From: Squalus acanthias
Lineage: Eukaryota
Direction of reading: 5' to 3'
DNA length: 64,000 nucleotides
NCBI GenBank assembly: GCA_030390025.1
Contig: CM059438.1
Location: 64,048,001-64,112,000 of the forward strand
Shown here piece after piece: positions 13,276 to 23,672 of the stretch (its first letter is position 1; the number at the start of each line of letters is the position of its first letter). The notes beneath the pieces are model-generated. The model was not told the DNA's origin. It saw only the letters and a list, made by a program, of their open reading frames with translations, and made no database searches. Position numbers and translations under genes: made by a program.

Positions 13276-13312
13276 TCACAAGCTTTCGGAATGCTGCTCC
13301 TTCGTCAGGTGA
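13276..13312 (-). ncRNA. Minimal type I hammerhead ribozyme motif (inverted copy)
   Basis: TCAC-CTGACGA-A-GGAG(CAGCA)TTCC-GAAA-GC-TT-GTGA. Confidence 0.6.
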
Positions 13313-13331
13313 AGTGAAGAAATGTATCACT

Positions 13332-13368
13332 TCACCTGACGAAGGAGCAGCGCTCCGAAAGCTTGTGA
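13332..13368 (+). ncRNA. Minimal type I hammerhead ribozyme motif
   Basis: Stem I TCAC/GTGA, core CTGACGA, stem II GGAG/CTCC, GAAA, palindromic AAGCTT stem III, UH = UU. Confidence 0.75.
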
Positions 13369-14689
13369 TTTCAAATAAAACTGTTGGACTATAACCTGGT
13401 GTTGTGCGACTTCTCACATTTGTCCACCCCAGTCCAACACCGGCATCTCCACATCTTGAATATACTCAACGACTGAGCCTCCACAGCCCTCTGGGGTAGA
13501 GAATTCCAAAAGATTCACCACCCTCTGAGTGAAGAAATTTATCCTCATCTCAGTCCTAAATGGCCGACCCCTTATTCTGAGACTGTGACCCCTAGTTCTA
13601 GACTCTCCAGCCAGGGAAAACATCCTCCCTGCATCTACCCTGTCAAGCCCTGTAAGAATTTTATATATTTCAATGAGATCATGAGATACTCTGCCTTTCA
13701 ATTAGATTATGGCTAATCTGTACCTCAAATCCTTTTTCCCACCTTTGCTCTAGATCCCTTGATACCCCTCACCTAACAAAAATCTATTGATTGTAGTCTT
13801 GAAAGCTGCAATTGTCCTAGAATCCACAGCCTTTTGGAGGAAGAGTGTTCCAGATTTCTACTACATCTTTGTGTGAAAAAGTGCTTCCTGATTTTGTGTT
13901 GTCATAATCACCCTTGCTGACTTGATCTTCCAACGTGTTAACGTTGCCAATGAAATGCTGACACACTCAAATGGGCGAGTATACTTGTTATAAGTTTGTC
14001 AGCCTTTCTGCATTTGGATTGCCTGGACACACTTGCCGTAGTCCGTAACTTTATTCAATTCTTATGAATGAAATGAAAGGAATGGTTTTCTGTACAGTGT
14101 ATTGGAAAGGCAAGTAATAACTATTTATTTGAGTGATTCATTTGCAGTGTGAGCGCTTCTTGCATAGGTTTGACAATGATATGCTTTACTGTTCTGAAGG
14201 GGCACATTTGTGCTGCAATACAGTACCATACAGTATTTCATGTATTTTGGATTCACTGGCAGCTGAGGCAGGCCAGGCCAGGTCAGGTCCGGTCTGACAG
14301 CAGGCACACGGGCTCGGTTTGAGACCAGGAGGGGGAGTTCAGGGCTGAAATGACAGTAGGGCCATTGTACCTAACTGTTTCTGACAGTGTACCGGTATTG
14401 GACAGCATGACCATCTGTTTGCAAACTGTCGTCAAATCCGACTATTAGCAAATATCTATCTCGTTGATTTAATTCTTCCCATGAGAAAGGTAGAATTAGT
14501 TTCTCCCTATCTGACTCCAACAGCCATTGATAAGCAATTATCCAGGCTTGAATAAGATCTAGGCCTAGAAATTTGACTGCACTTTGCCCGTTTTTTCAGG
14601 TGTTCAACGGCCTCCTAAGCCTCCAATATGACGGACAGGAAGCGCACGTTAATTGTGAGCCAGAAGTGCGCTGCCTGCCATATTGGTAT

Positions 14690-15290
14690 AACAACAACAA
14701 CTTGCATTTCTATAACACCTTTAGTGTGGCAAAATGTCCCAAGGCGCTTCACAGGAGTGTCATCAAACAAAATTTGACACCGAGCCACATAAGGAGATAT
14801 TAGGACAGGTGACCAAAAGCTTGGTCAAAGAGTTAGGTTTTAGGAAGAGTCTTAAAGGAGGAGAGAAAGGTAGAGAGGCAGAGAGGTTGAGGGAGGGAAT
14901 TCCAGAGCTCAGGACCTAGGCAACTGATAGCACAGCTGCCAATATTGGAGCGATGAAAATGGGGGATCCGCAGGAGGCCAGAATTAGAGGAGCGCAGAGA
15001 TCTCGTAGGGTTGTAGGGCTGGAGGAGGTTACAGAGATAGGGAGGAGCGAGGTCATGGGGGGGGATTTGAAAACAAGGATGGGAATTTTTTAATTCATGC
15101 GTTGCCGGAACAGGAGCCAATGTAGGTCAACGAGCACAGGGGCGATGGATGAAAGGGACTTGGTGCGAGTTCGGCTAAGGGCAGCCGAGTTTAGGATGAG
15201 TTCAAATTTACAAGGCGGAAGGCCGACCGGGACAGCATTGGAATAGTCGAGTCCAGAGGTAACAAAGGCATGGGCATCCATTGCTCCTGC
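14690..15290 (-). mobile_element. L2 LINE 3' end
   Basis: APPYLCNLLQPYNPTRSLRSS; HAFVTSGLDYSNA; (AAC)n tail. Confidence 0.85.
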
Positions 15291-15534
15291 TTGAAGGAGG
15301 TGTGTGGCCCTTTGCAAGCTCATAAACGGGGCTTAGTGTCTGCTTGAAGCCTCCTCTATAATATTGGGTCGCCCTGAATGCATCTGGCGCTGAGCTGCCT
15401 ACATTCAGGAAAACCTGATCTACCTGCGGCCTAACTGGCGCTCCTCTAAAGGGACCGCTGCGGGCCGCCACCAACAAGCTAAGTGTTTAAAATACTTACC
15501 TTAATGTGGAGCCGGATCGAACAGTAGTGCTGTG

Positions 15535-15715
15535 TAAGGTAATGCAGCAGCCAATTTACGCACAGCAAGGTCCCACAAACAGCAATGAGATAATGACCAG
15601 ATTATCTGTTTTAGATGTTGGTTGAGGGATAAATATTGGCCAGAATACCGGGGCGAACTCCCCTGATCTTTTTTGAATCATGCCATGGGATCTTTTATGT
15701 CCACCTGAGTGGGCA
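15535..15715 (-). mobile_element. Deu-domain SINE fragment
   Basis: Matches the internal part of the SINE at 45669-46138. Confidence 0.75.
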
Positions 15716-16164
15716 GAATTGTATGTTTTTTTTTATAGAAAGCATCACACATTTCTTGCACATATCACGTATCAGTCAATCAGATCGCCAAGGTTACCAA
15801 TGTTTGCTTCCAGGTGAGTACCCCTTTCTTATGGTTCAGGCACTTTTTTGCACTGTTTGTTCAGCTCACAGCCTGTTGGCAATTTCCGTAAGTGGACCTC
15901 AACCCTTGAGATCTGGAATCGGTCTCTTTTCCTTTCTGCTCAAGCACTGTGCGTAGAACCAGAGATTAACTGACATCATTGCTATTGGTTTTAGCATAGT
16001 TTCGCACTCCGCTCTCTGATGGACAGATCACTCACAGACATGAGGATTGACAGGCAAATTACCAAACCAACCAATCGCATTACTTACTGGGCCTCTTGTG
16101 CCATTGCTTGTGGTACGTTGAAGGGCAGGATGGGAAAGAAGTCAAGCTGAGGACCCCCTTGTTT

Positions 16165-16395
16165 TCACACAAAGGGTAGTAGAAATCTGGAACTCTCCCC
16201 CAAAAGGCTGTAAATGCTGGGGCAATTAAAATTTTCAAGACTGAGATCGATAGATTTTTATTTGGTAAGTTTATCAAGTGATATGGAGCAAAGGCGGTTA
16301 AATTGAGTTGAGGTACAGATCAGCCATTATCTAATTGAATGGTGGACCAGGCTCAAGGGGCTGAATGGCCTCCTCCTGTATCTCTATTCCTATGA
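16165..16395 (+). mobile_element. CR1 LINE 3' fragment
   Basis: TTCACACAAAGGGTAGTAGAAATCTGGAACTCTCCCC...GGGGCTGAATGGCCTCCTCCTG. Confidence 0.8.
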
Positions 16396-16504
16396 TCCAT
16401 TGCTTTATGCCCACTTCCCCATTGGTTCTCCGATGCCCAATCTACATCCTGTATTGCTCACTTGTGAATGTTCTCTTCCCACTTAAGTGCAGAAGCTCCT
16501 CAAA

Positions 16505-16930
16505 ACAACAACTTACATTTATACAGTGCCTTTACTGCAGTAAAACGTCCTCAGATGGTTCACAGGAGCGATTATCAAACAAAATTTGACGCCAAGCCAC
16601 ATAGGACAAGGTGACCAAAAGCTTGGTCAAAGAGGTAGGTTTCTAAAAGCGTCTTAAAGCAGGAGAGGGAGGCGGAGAGGTGGAGAGATTTAGGGAGGGA
16701 ATTTCAGAGCTCAGGGCCTGGGCAGCTGAAGGCTCAGCCGCCAATAGTGGAGCGATCAAAATCGGGGATGCGCAAGAAGCCAGAATTGGAAGAGCACAGA
16801 GACCTCGGAGGGTTGTAGGGCTGGAGGAGGTTACAGAGATAGGGAGGGGTGAGGCCATGGAGGGATTTGAAAATAAGGATGGGAATTTTTAAATCGAAGA
16901 GTTGCCAGACCGGGAGTCAATGTAGGTAAC
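16505..16930 (-). mobile_element. L2 LINE 3' end
   Basis: Same family as 14690-15290. Confidence 0.85.
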
Positions 16931-18778
16931 ACTCTTCCTCACCCCAATTGCCCTTAATGTCCTCCTTTGCACATATAGTGCTCTGGCACTTGTAATGTTT
17001 CTGCCCATTCATTCGTGCCCTGCTGATTCTTTTCAATTTGGCTTGGTAGGTTTTTGGCTTTTCACCCACCTATTTCCAGGCAGTGTGAGTATTTTTTTTA
17101 TTTAATGATAGTCTTTTGCTTCCAACAGATTTACGGTATATTATTTTCACATGCTTATTTGCCTAGCTCCTTTGTACCTCGCTTTGCTTCCACTCATGCA
17201 GTGTTCCAGTTGATGTTCTGAAGTCAAAGTGTCTATCACAGTATTCTGTGCGTTTTAAATTCCTCATTGTATCCTTGTACTGCCAATTTTCTGGCTGGAC
17301 CGTCACTACAGGTACAACGAGGCTGCTTCTAATACTTGCACTCTATTAACTTTTGTAAACGGTGCAGTACATCAGAATTCTGTTTTCAAAAATTTCTGAA
17401 ATTGATTTGGTCTACATCAAATATCTTGAGCAACAGAGAATGGATCCTAACACATCAAAGCTTATCATCGTGTGGAGTTCCATTTCAACTGATGTTGTCA
17501 ACCGATGGATCATTTGAAATGAGACTCCCTGTGCAATAGGAACTCGGTTATCTACAGTATTTTTTGAATGATTCCTTGTCTCTTGACAGCTCTTCTCCTG
17601 CATTTTCAAGTTGACATTTAAATTGCAATGCAACACGCTCTCAAATCGCTACGCCTGTCTCATACATTCCTTTATATGTCGATTGATCCCCTTAGGAACA
17701 CACCCACGTAACTGAGTGTAATGTCTTTGCTTTAAATCTGCACATCTTGCAATCGACTGGGGCGGATATTTTGTTCATCCAGGATCTCCAGCCCACCCTG
17801 AAGATCTCTCCGAGGAGAGTTAGACCTTCTTGACTATATGGGATGACACTGAAAAACTCAAACACATCTCTACCGTCCTGACAAGTGAAATGATCCATAT
17901 TTGTGGCCAACGTGTGATTTAGTCCTCCTGTACTATATAATTTTTGGATTTATTCATCTTTATTAATGTTGACAGACATCCTAACAGCACAGACAAGGAT
18001 ATCAGTGTGACAAAATGAAATATTTTGTCCAGGGTGTACTTTTGTCCTGTCGTTTCATTACAGTATTTTCAGAGTTAGTGGCCAGGGAGCAGGAAGGAGT
18101 CGGTGGCTAGGGAACGGAGTTTGTGGCAGGGACCGAAGGCAATTGCTTCGTTCTTTCGAATATTTAGTTGGAGGAAATTTCTGCTCATCATGTCGGATCA
18201 GCAGCGTGACAAATCACAGGCAGTAGAAAGGTCGCGAGAGGTAGTGGTGAGGTAGCGCTGGGTGTCATCAGCTGTAGGGGGTGGTGTGGTCGGGTCAGCT
18301 TCACCTCTGACTTCAGTGAGCGGTTCGAATCGTTCCCACTCCCCTGGTTCTAGACCTTGGACTTATTTAGGGGTTGTGAACAAAGGTGCAGTAGACAACA
18401 GGTTTTGATGAAAGAACTTTGGGGTAGAAATTAGGTCGCGCCCCATTTGGGGCGCAAATATCGTCCGCGCGCAAATATTAGCGCCTGGCGCTAATTATCG
18501 GCACTGACAGGAAACTTCACTTTTACCGCCCCGGGAGGTGAGTGGAGCGCTAAATTAGGCGCTGCACACCTCTCTTAAGGCGCAAAGGCCTAGGAGTGAG
18601 GCGCTACCTCAGCGCACGAGCGCAGCGCAGCTGCTGCCAGTTAGCAAGGGAACACAGACACACTGGCGCCGGACACTTCTTAAAGCGGGGGGGGGCCACT
18701 TGCTCCCCAGCCACACCCTGCTCATTGCAGCCTTGAATCTCAGCCTGGAGAGACCTGTAATCCATTTTGCTGCCAAGC

Positions 18779-20787
18779 ATGGAGAGGGTGAGAGAACGCG
18801 CTCATCGCTTCACCGAGCGGGCCTTGGATGCTCTGGTTGGCGCAGTGGAGCGCAGACGATGCATGCTGTTCCCGGAGAGTGGCAGGAGGCCTTTGCCACG
18901 CGAGTTCAGAAGAGTGTGGAGGGAGGTGGCTCAGAGCGTCTCCTCCAGGAGCATGGTGCCCAGGACCCATGTTCAGTGCCGCAAAAAATTCAACGACCTC
19001 ACTCGGGTCGTCAGGGTGAGTGGCTTTTTCTCAATACCTCTCCATCCCTCCATCTCAACCTCACTATATGGCCAGAGGGTCTTAAAACCCCAATGCACAA
19101 CACTCATGCAACACCTATGGCCCTTTCATCAAACACACACACACATTCCACACTTTGCATACAGTAAGGGCTATTCACCTATGGGAGGCACATCAGGCAA
19201 GACCATGGCTGCATATTGTAAGGGCTATTCACCTATGGGAGGCACATCAGGCAAGACCATGGCTGCATATTGTAAGGGCTATTCACCTATGGGAGGCACA
19301 TCAGGCAAGACCATGGCTGCATATTGTAAGGGCTATTCACCTATGGGAGGCACATCAGGCAAGACCATGGCTGTATATTGACTCAGATGCTGTCCTTTTT
19401 CTTGCAGGCTAAGCTGGCTCATAATCGGAGACAGCAGCAACGGACGGGTGGAGGGCGGCTTCAGCTGCAACCCCTCAGCGATCTGGAGGAGCGCGTCCAC
19501 AGGATTGTGGCAAGCCGGGTGATCGGTCCCGTCGCCACTGGGGACGCCGACACCGTTGTGGACAGCAATGGTAAGGTCATCACCTTTTTGTCCTCTGTCC
19601 TTCCACTTGTCCCTCACAATACCAGCCTTTGACACTTTCAATCCAACTTGCTAACTCGCTGCACTTATTCCTCCCTTACTGCCACCCTGTCCTCACGCTA
19701 AAGCCACTCTTGTACCTCCCTGCTTTCAGATGGTGATTCACCAGCTGAGGAGATGGTCCCTGAAGCTGCCACTGGGAGTGATGCTGCAGCTGAGGAGGAA
19801 GAGGAAGCCGGAGCATCAGTGCCACCCTCTCCCATGGCCACACTGGGAACACGCCTTCCCCGGAGGGGAGCAGGGGGGAAGGGGCTGATGATGGTGAAGT
19901 TCCAGGACCCAGCGGGCTGCAGCAACGCCATGGGGGGGGGGAGGGAAGAACGGGGGAGCAGGGGGGAAGGGGCTGATGATGGTGAAGCTCCAGGACCCAG
20001 CGGGCTGCAGCCACGCCATGGGGGGGGGAGGGAAGAACGGGAGCCTTCTCCCCAGAGGGAGAGTATGCCAGACACTCCTAATGCAATGGACGCAGAGGAG
20101 GAGCGGCTGATTGCAGAAATGAACAGCCAGGCGGTGGGCATGCACACTGAGCTCATGGGTGCAGTGGGAAGGGTGCCCGAATGCATTGAGGCACTGGCAA
20201 GGAGTGTGGAGCACTTCGCTGTAGCACAGGCGGATGCCACACTAAAGCTTAGTGCTGCAATTCAGTCACTGGCTGCCAGGAACCCATCTGAGACTGCTCT
20301 CATGCAGACTCAGATTGAGGCCACGCGAGCACTGACTGCTGCCATCCTCGATGGTTCGTGCACATGTCCCCGGGGCTGTCACCGCGCCGCAGCAGGCCAG
20401 CAATCTGTTCTCCGGCAAATTGCTCCGGATGCTGAAGTGCTGCCCCGTGGGAGTGCCAGTGTGTCGGGCGAGCAGGGAGTTGCTGTCCTCTCTCACGATG
20501 ACAGCATTCCTGCTGCCAACACTGTCACTTCTCCACTGCACTTGCCACCGCCTGTAGGACAGACTGCTGCCGCCCATGCAGAGTTGGTGCAGTCTGCAGC
20601 CGGGCCCTCCAGGCCCAGAAGTGGTCGAGGCCGTCCTTCAGGGGCATCTGCAGTGTCAGGGTCTGACAAGCAGCAGCCTTCCACCAGCCTTGCTGCAGCC
20701 ACTGAGGTCCCATTACGGAGGAGCAGTAGGGTTAGAAGGGGGGAAGTGCGCAAGGGAAGGAGATCACCCTCGAAGGGCAAAAAGTAG
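18779..20787 (+). CDS. Harbinger Myb/SANT-like DNA-binding protein, 3 exons (18779-19015, 19408-19570, 19730-20787), 485 aa
   Basis: N-terminal Myb/SANT-like domain (RFTERALDALV...W.EVA...QCRKKFNDL). Canonical GTGAGT/TTGCAG and GTAAGG/TTTCAG introns keep the frame. AHNRRQQQRTGGG motif in exon 2; basic NLS-like C-terminus. Confidence 0.88.
19165..19380 (+). repeat. 54-bp intronic tandem repeat, 4 units
   Basis: Unit TAAGGGCTATTCACCTATGGGAGGCACATCAGGCAAGACCATGGCTGCATATTG. Confidence 0.95.
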
Positions 20788-21081
20788 GAGGTGTGCCAAA
20801 ATGCTGGTCATTTTTTTATTAAAGGCCGAGGTTCATGGCCCAACTTTTGTTTAGTGTTTTGGACATTATCTCCAGGTTGTGAGAACCAGTTATGTTATTG
20901 ACTGTTTTTTTGTGTTTATTTCTATGAGTTTGTCATGAGGAATTGACACACACAGAGTTTGTACAATAAATAAGTTTCTGTATTCAAAATATACATGGCT
21001 GGTGGTTGGAATTATTGGTGCCTTGGCCGGCTTAGGGGTTGCGTGCTGGTTTGATTCGTGTTTGTAGCAATGGCAGGGGCC

Positions 21082-22242
21082 CTAGAAGCGGCTTGCTATT
21101 AGTCGTTGACGGACGGCCCTTGCAGTTTGACCATTGTGGGCCGCCCTCCTGCCTTGGTGCTGCTGCTGATCATCGTCCTCGGCCTGTTCCTCCTCTTCCT
21201 CCTCCTCCTCTTGTGGTGCTGCAAGGCCTGGTGGCATTGGCTGCGTCCTGAGGATTGCCATGTTGTGCAACATGCAGCACATCACTACGAATTTGGAAAC
21301 TTGCTCAGGCGAGTACTGCAGGGCTCCTCCGGAATGGTCCAGACAGCGGAATCGTTGATTGAGCACGCCGATTGTGCGCTCAATAATGTTCCTGGTTGCT
21401 TGTTGGCTTTCCTGGTACCGCAGCTCAGCAGGGGTGTTTGGCGCACGGAGCGGTGTCATCAGCCAGGTGCTCAATGCGTACCCCTTGTCCCCCAGAAGCC
21501 AACCAACTGGCTGATGCGGTGCCTCGAAAATTTCTGCCACAGTACTCTGGCGCAGGATGAAAGCATCGTGGCAGCTGCCCGGATAGTGGGCATTGACAGC
21601 GAGAATCACCTGTCTGTGGTCACAGACCAACTGCACATTCAAGGAATGGAACCCCTTTCTGTTCCGGAACTCCTCTGCATTCTCTCGCGGAGCACGCAAA
21701 GCCACATGCGTGCAGTCAATGGCGCCCTGCACCATGGGGAAGCCCGCTACCCTCGCAAAGCCCATAGCACGGTCATGCTGCTTGTCTGGGGTCATAGGGA
21801 AGGAGATGAAGTCTCGTCTCCTTGTGAAGAGGGCATTGGTGACCTGCCGGATGCAGCGATGCACCGCAAACTGGGAGATATTGGCGAGGTCCCCAACAGC
21901 AGCTTGGAATGAGCCAGTGGCGTAGAAGTTCAAAGCCACTGTGACTTTCACTGCCACCGACAGAGACGTCCTGGACCTCAGCTGAGGCTGCAGATCTGGC
22001 TGCAGCAGGTGGCAGAGCTCAGTGACCACCTCCTTGCTGAATCGCAGCCTTCGCAAACACAGCTCCTCGGACATGTGGATGTAGGAGAGCTGTTCACGAT
22101 ATACCCTGGGAGGGTAAGCTCTCCTGTACATGCGCCTGATGGCCCTCCTCCGTCTGGCCATCATTGCCACTCTCTGTCTGCGTCTCACTATCCTCCGATT
22201 GAGCTGGAGCAGGACGACGCCCCCAATCATTGCAGCCCCCAT
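21082..22242 (-). CDS. PIF/Harbinger DDE transposase (HARBI1-family nuclease), 386 aa
   Basis: Motifs RRLRFS, LNFYATGSFQ, GAIDCTH, NRKGFHSLNVQLVCD, PGSCHDAFIL, LLGDKGY, TRNIIERTIGVL.RFRCL, CCMLHN. Confidence 0.95.
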   Translation of the reverse strand: MGAAMIGGVVLLQLNRRIVRRRQRVAMMARRRRAIRRMYRRAYPPRVYREQLSYIHMSEELCLRRLRFSKEVVTELCHLLQPDLQPQLRSRTSLSVAVKVTVALNFYATGSFQAAVGDLANISQFAVHRCIRQVTNALFTRRRDFISFPMTPDKQHDRAMGFARVAGFPMVQGAIDCTHVALRAPRENAEEFRNRKGFHSLNVQLVCDHRQVILAVNAHYPGSCHDAFILRQSTVAEIFEAPHQPVGWLLGDKGYALSTWLMTPLRAPNTPAELRYQESQQATRNIIERTIGVLNQRFRCLDHSGGALQYSPEQVSKFVVMCCMLHNMAILRTQPMPPGLAAPQEEEEEEEEQAEDDDQQQHQGRRAAHNGQTARAVRQRLIASRF

Positions 22243-23672
22243 AATCTCTTTGCCAGAAAAGTAATGAGGTACAGCAACGAAAGTAGCAGCAAAGTTAGGA
22301 TGAACTAGGCAAAACTACCTCACAAAGCGTTGAGTCAATGTAGAAGTCTCTCTCTCTCTCTCTCCGAATCTCTCTCTCTCTCTCAGAACGAGTGGTGCAT
22401 AAATGTCGACCACAGAAAAAGACAGGAAGAGGCCCCCTTTAAATAGCGCCCCCCCCAGCCCCACACCGATTGATAACGTTCCAGTCTTCCGGTCGTTGGA
22501 AGCGCCAGGCGGTAAGGCAGGGGGCGCCACTCAATTTCCGCTCCGGGGCGCCCCAAGGGCGTTGCACCACGGAATGACGTCACAATCTGCGCGCGCAGGT
22601 GGTCGCAGCGGTAAGTTTTAGCGCCGCCGCACAATCTCAAGTTAAGTTCTCGAGCGGCGCAAACAGCGCTGCGCCCGGGCGTTAGCGCCTTAACGCCCCA
22701 TTAGCGCCCTCTTAAGGCGCTAACGGGAGGCGCAACCAACTGAATTTTTACCCCTTTGACTTTTATTCAAGAAAAGGTAAATACAACACAAACAATCTTA
22801 AAACACACTTAATACTTAAACACAGGTTGCGGAACACACGGTACAGGCGAGGGAGAATTACAGTATACAAAACCTCTTATCCCTCCCAATCCCACTGCCT
22901 AGCTAGGTTTGATTTCAGAGGACCAGGGATAATGCTCACCACTCCTTGACAGTTCTTGACAGTTGAGGTATTTCACGATTTCGGGGTTCACTGGGGTTTT
23001 TGGTTGTTGGGGCCTGCCGTACCCCGGACGTGGTAGAAGACTTCAGCTGCACTCCAGGTCAGTTTGGGTCTGTCCGCTGATGCGGTAAGGTGCGTATTGG
23101 ATGTATCAGGTGAGTACCCAATTTTCTTCGTTAGAGGTAGGGTTTAGAGTTTTTTAAGGGAAAATCTTACCCAGGGGTAAGTCAGGAATAGTTTGTAGCG
23201 TGGAAACTTGCGTGTCTTCGGTTTTTCCTGGTGTTGGTCTTTCGGTGGTCGCGACGGCCTGGTTCGCACCTGGTTGGTCGGTGGCGTTGTGTTGGTTGGT
23301 TCGTGGAGCCTTGGTTGCTGCGAGGCGTTGGGAACCTTTTTCCCAGTGGGGTCCGTCGATGCCCACCCCTTACTGTGGCGTGTTGTCCTTGCGTGCCTCG
23401 GTACTGTTACTAACTTTAAACTGCCTCTCTGGACAGCCTTGAACTAACTTTAAGTATAGTGTTGTAACAAACCGCACGGCTTGAACAGACACCACCACAG
23501 TGTCTCTTGGGTTCCTCGTGTCTTCTTGCCCGTGGCTTTAGGCCTGCCTGCGTTCCGAAGGTTCTTCTTGTGACTCGTTCCTTGTTGCTTGGCTCTGGTG
23601 TCGCCCTTGTGTCGTGTGTGTTGAACCTGTGCGGCTCTCTTTCTTCGCTTGCTTCTTGGGGGAATAGGTCCC

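Larger units (their letters stand above)
13272..13453 (+). mobile_element. Short Penelope-derived insertion with inverted 5' end and 14-bp TSD
   Basis: TSD TCTTGAATATACTC at 13258-13271 and 13454-13467; 46-bp inverted arms at 13272-13317 and 13327-13372. Confidence 0.85.
13050..13895 (-). mobile_element. Stacked CR1 LINE 3' fragments
   Basis: LDRVDAGRMFSLAGESRTRGHSLRIRGRPFRTEMR; tail TAAGAACATAAGAAATAGGAGCAGG; interrupted by a Penelope insertion. Confidence 0.85.
18421..22754. mobile_element. Full-length, apparently autonomous PIF/Harbinger DNA transposon, copy 1 (4334 bp)
   Basis: TIRs GGGGTAGAAATT and AATTTTTACCCC; 3-bp TSD TTT at 18418-18420 and 22755-22757; subterminal GGCGC/GCGCC palindromes; two convergent open genes. 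Confidence 0.95.

Noticed and set aside
18277..18345. Bona fide tRNA gene
   Set aside because: Acceptor-like and T-like arms are present, but there is no canonical D or anticodon arm and the T loop is 8 nt. It lies in an LTR end and is reported as a tRNA-like structure instead.
19165..19380. 54-bp array as a CRISPR or guide array
   Set aside because: Head-to-tail identical units with no unique spacers.
21106..21912. 268-aa plus-strand ORF (also at 29416-30222)
   Set aside because: Antisense shadow of the transposase with no recognisable motifs; its conservation only reflects copy identity.
21082..22242. Calling the transposase the host gene HARBI1 (or the Myb gene NAIF1)
   Set aside because: It lies within TIRs and a TSD and is duplicated, so it is a transposon gene rather than the domesticated ortholog.
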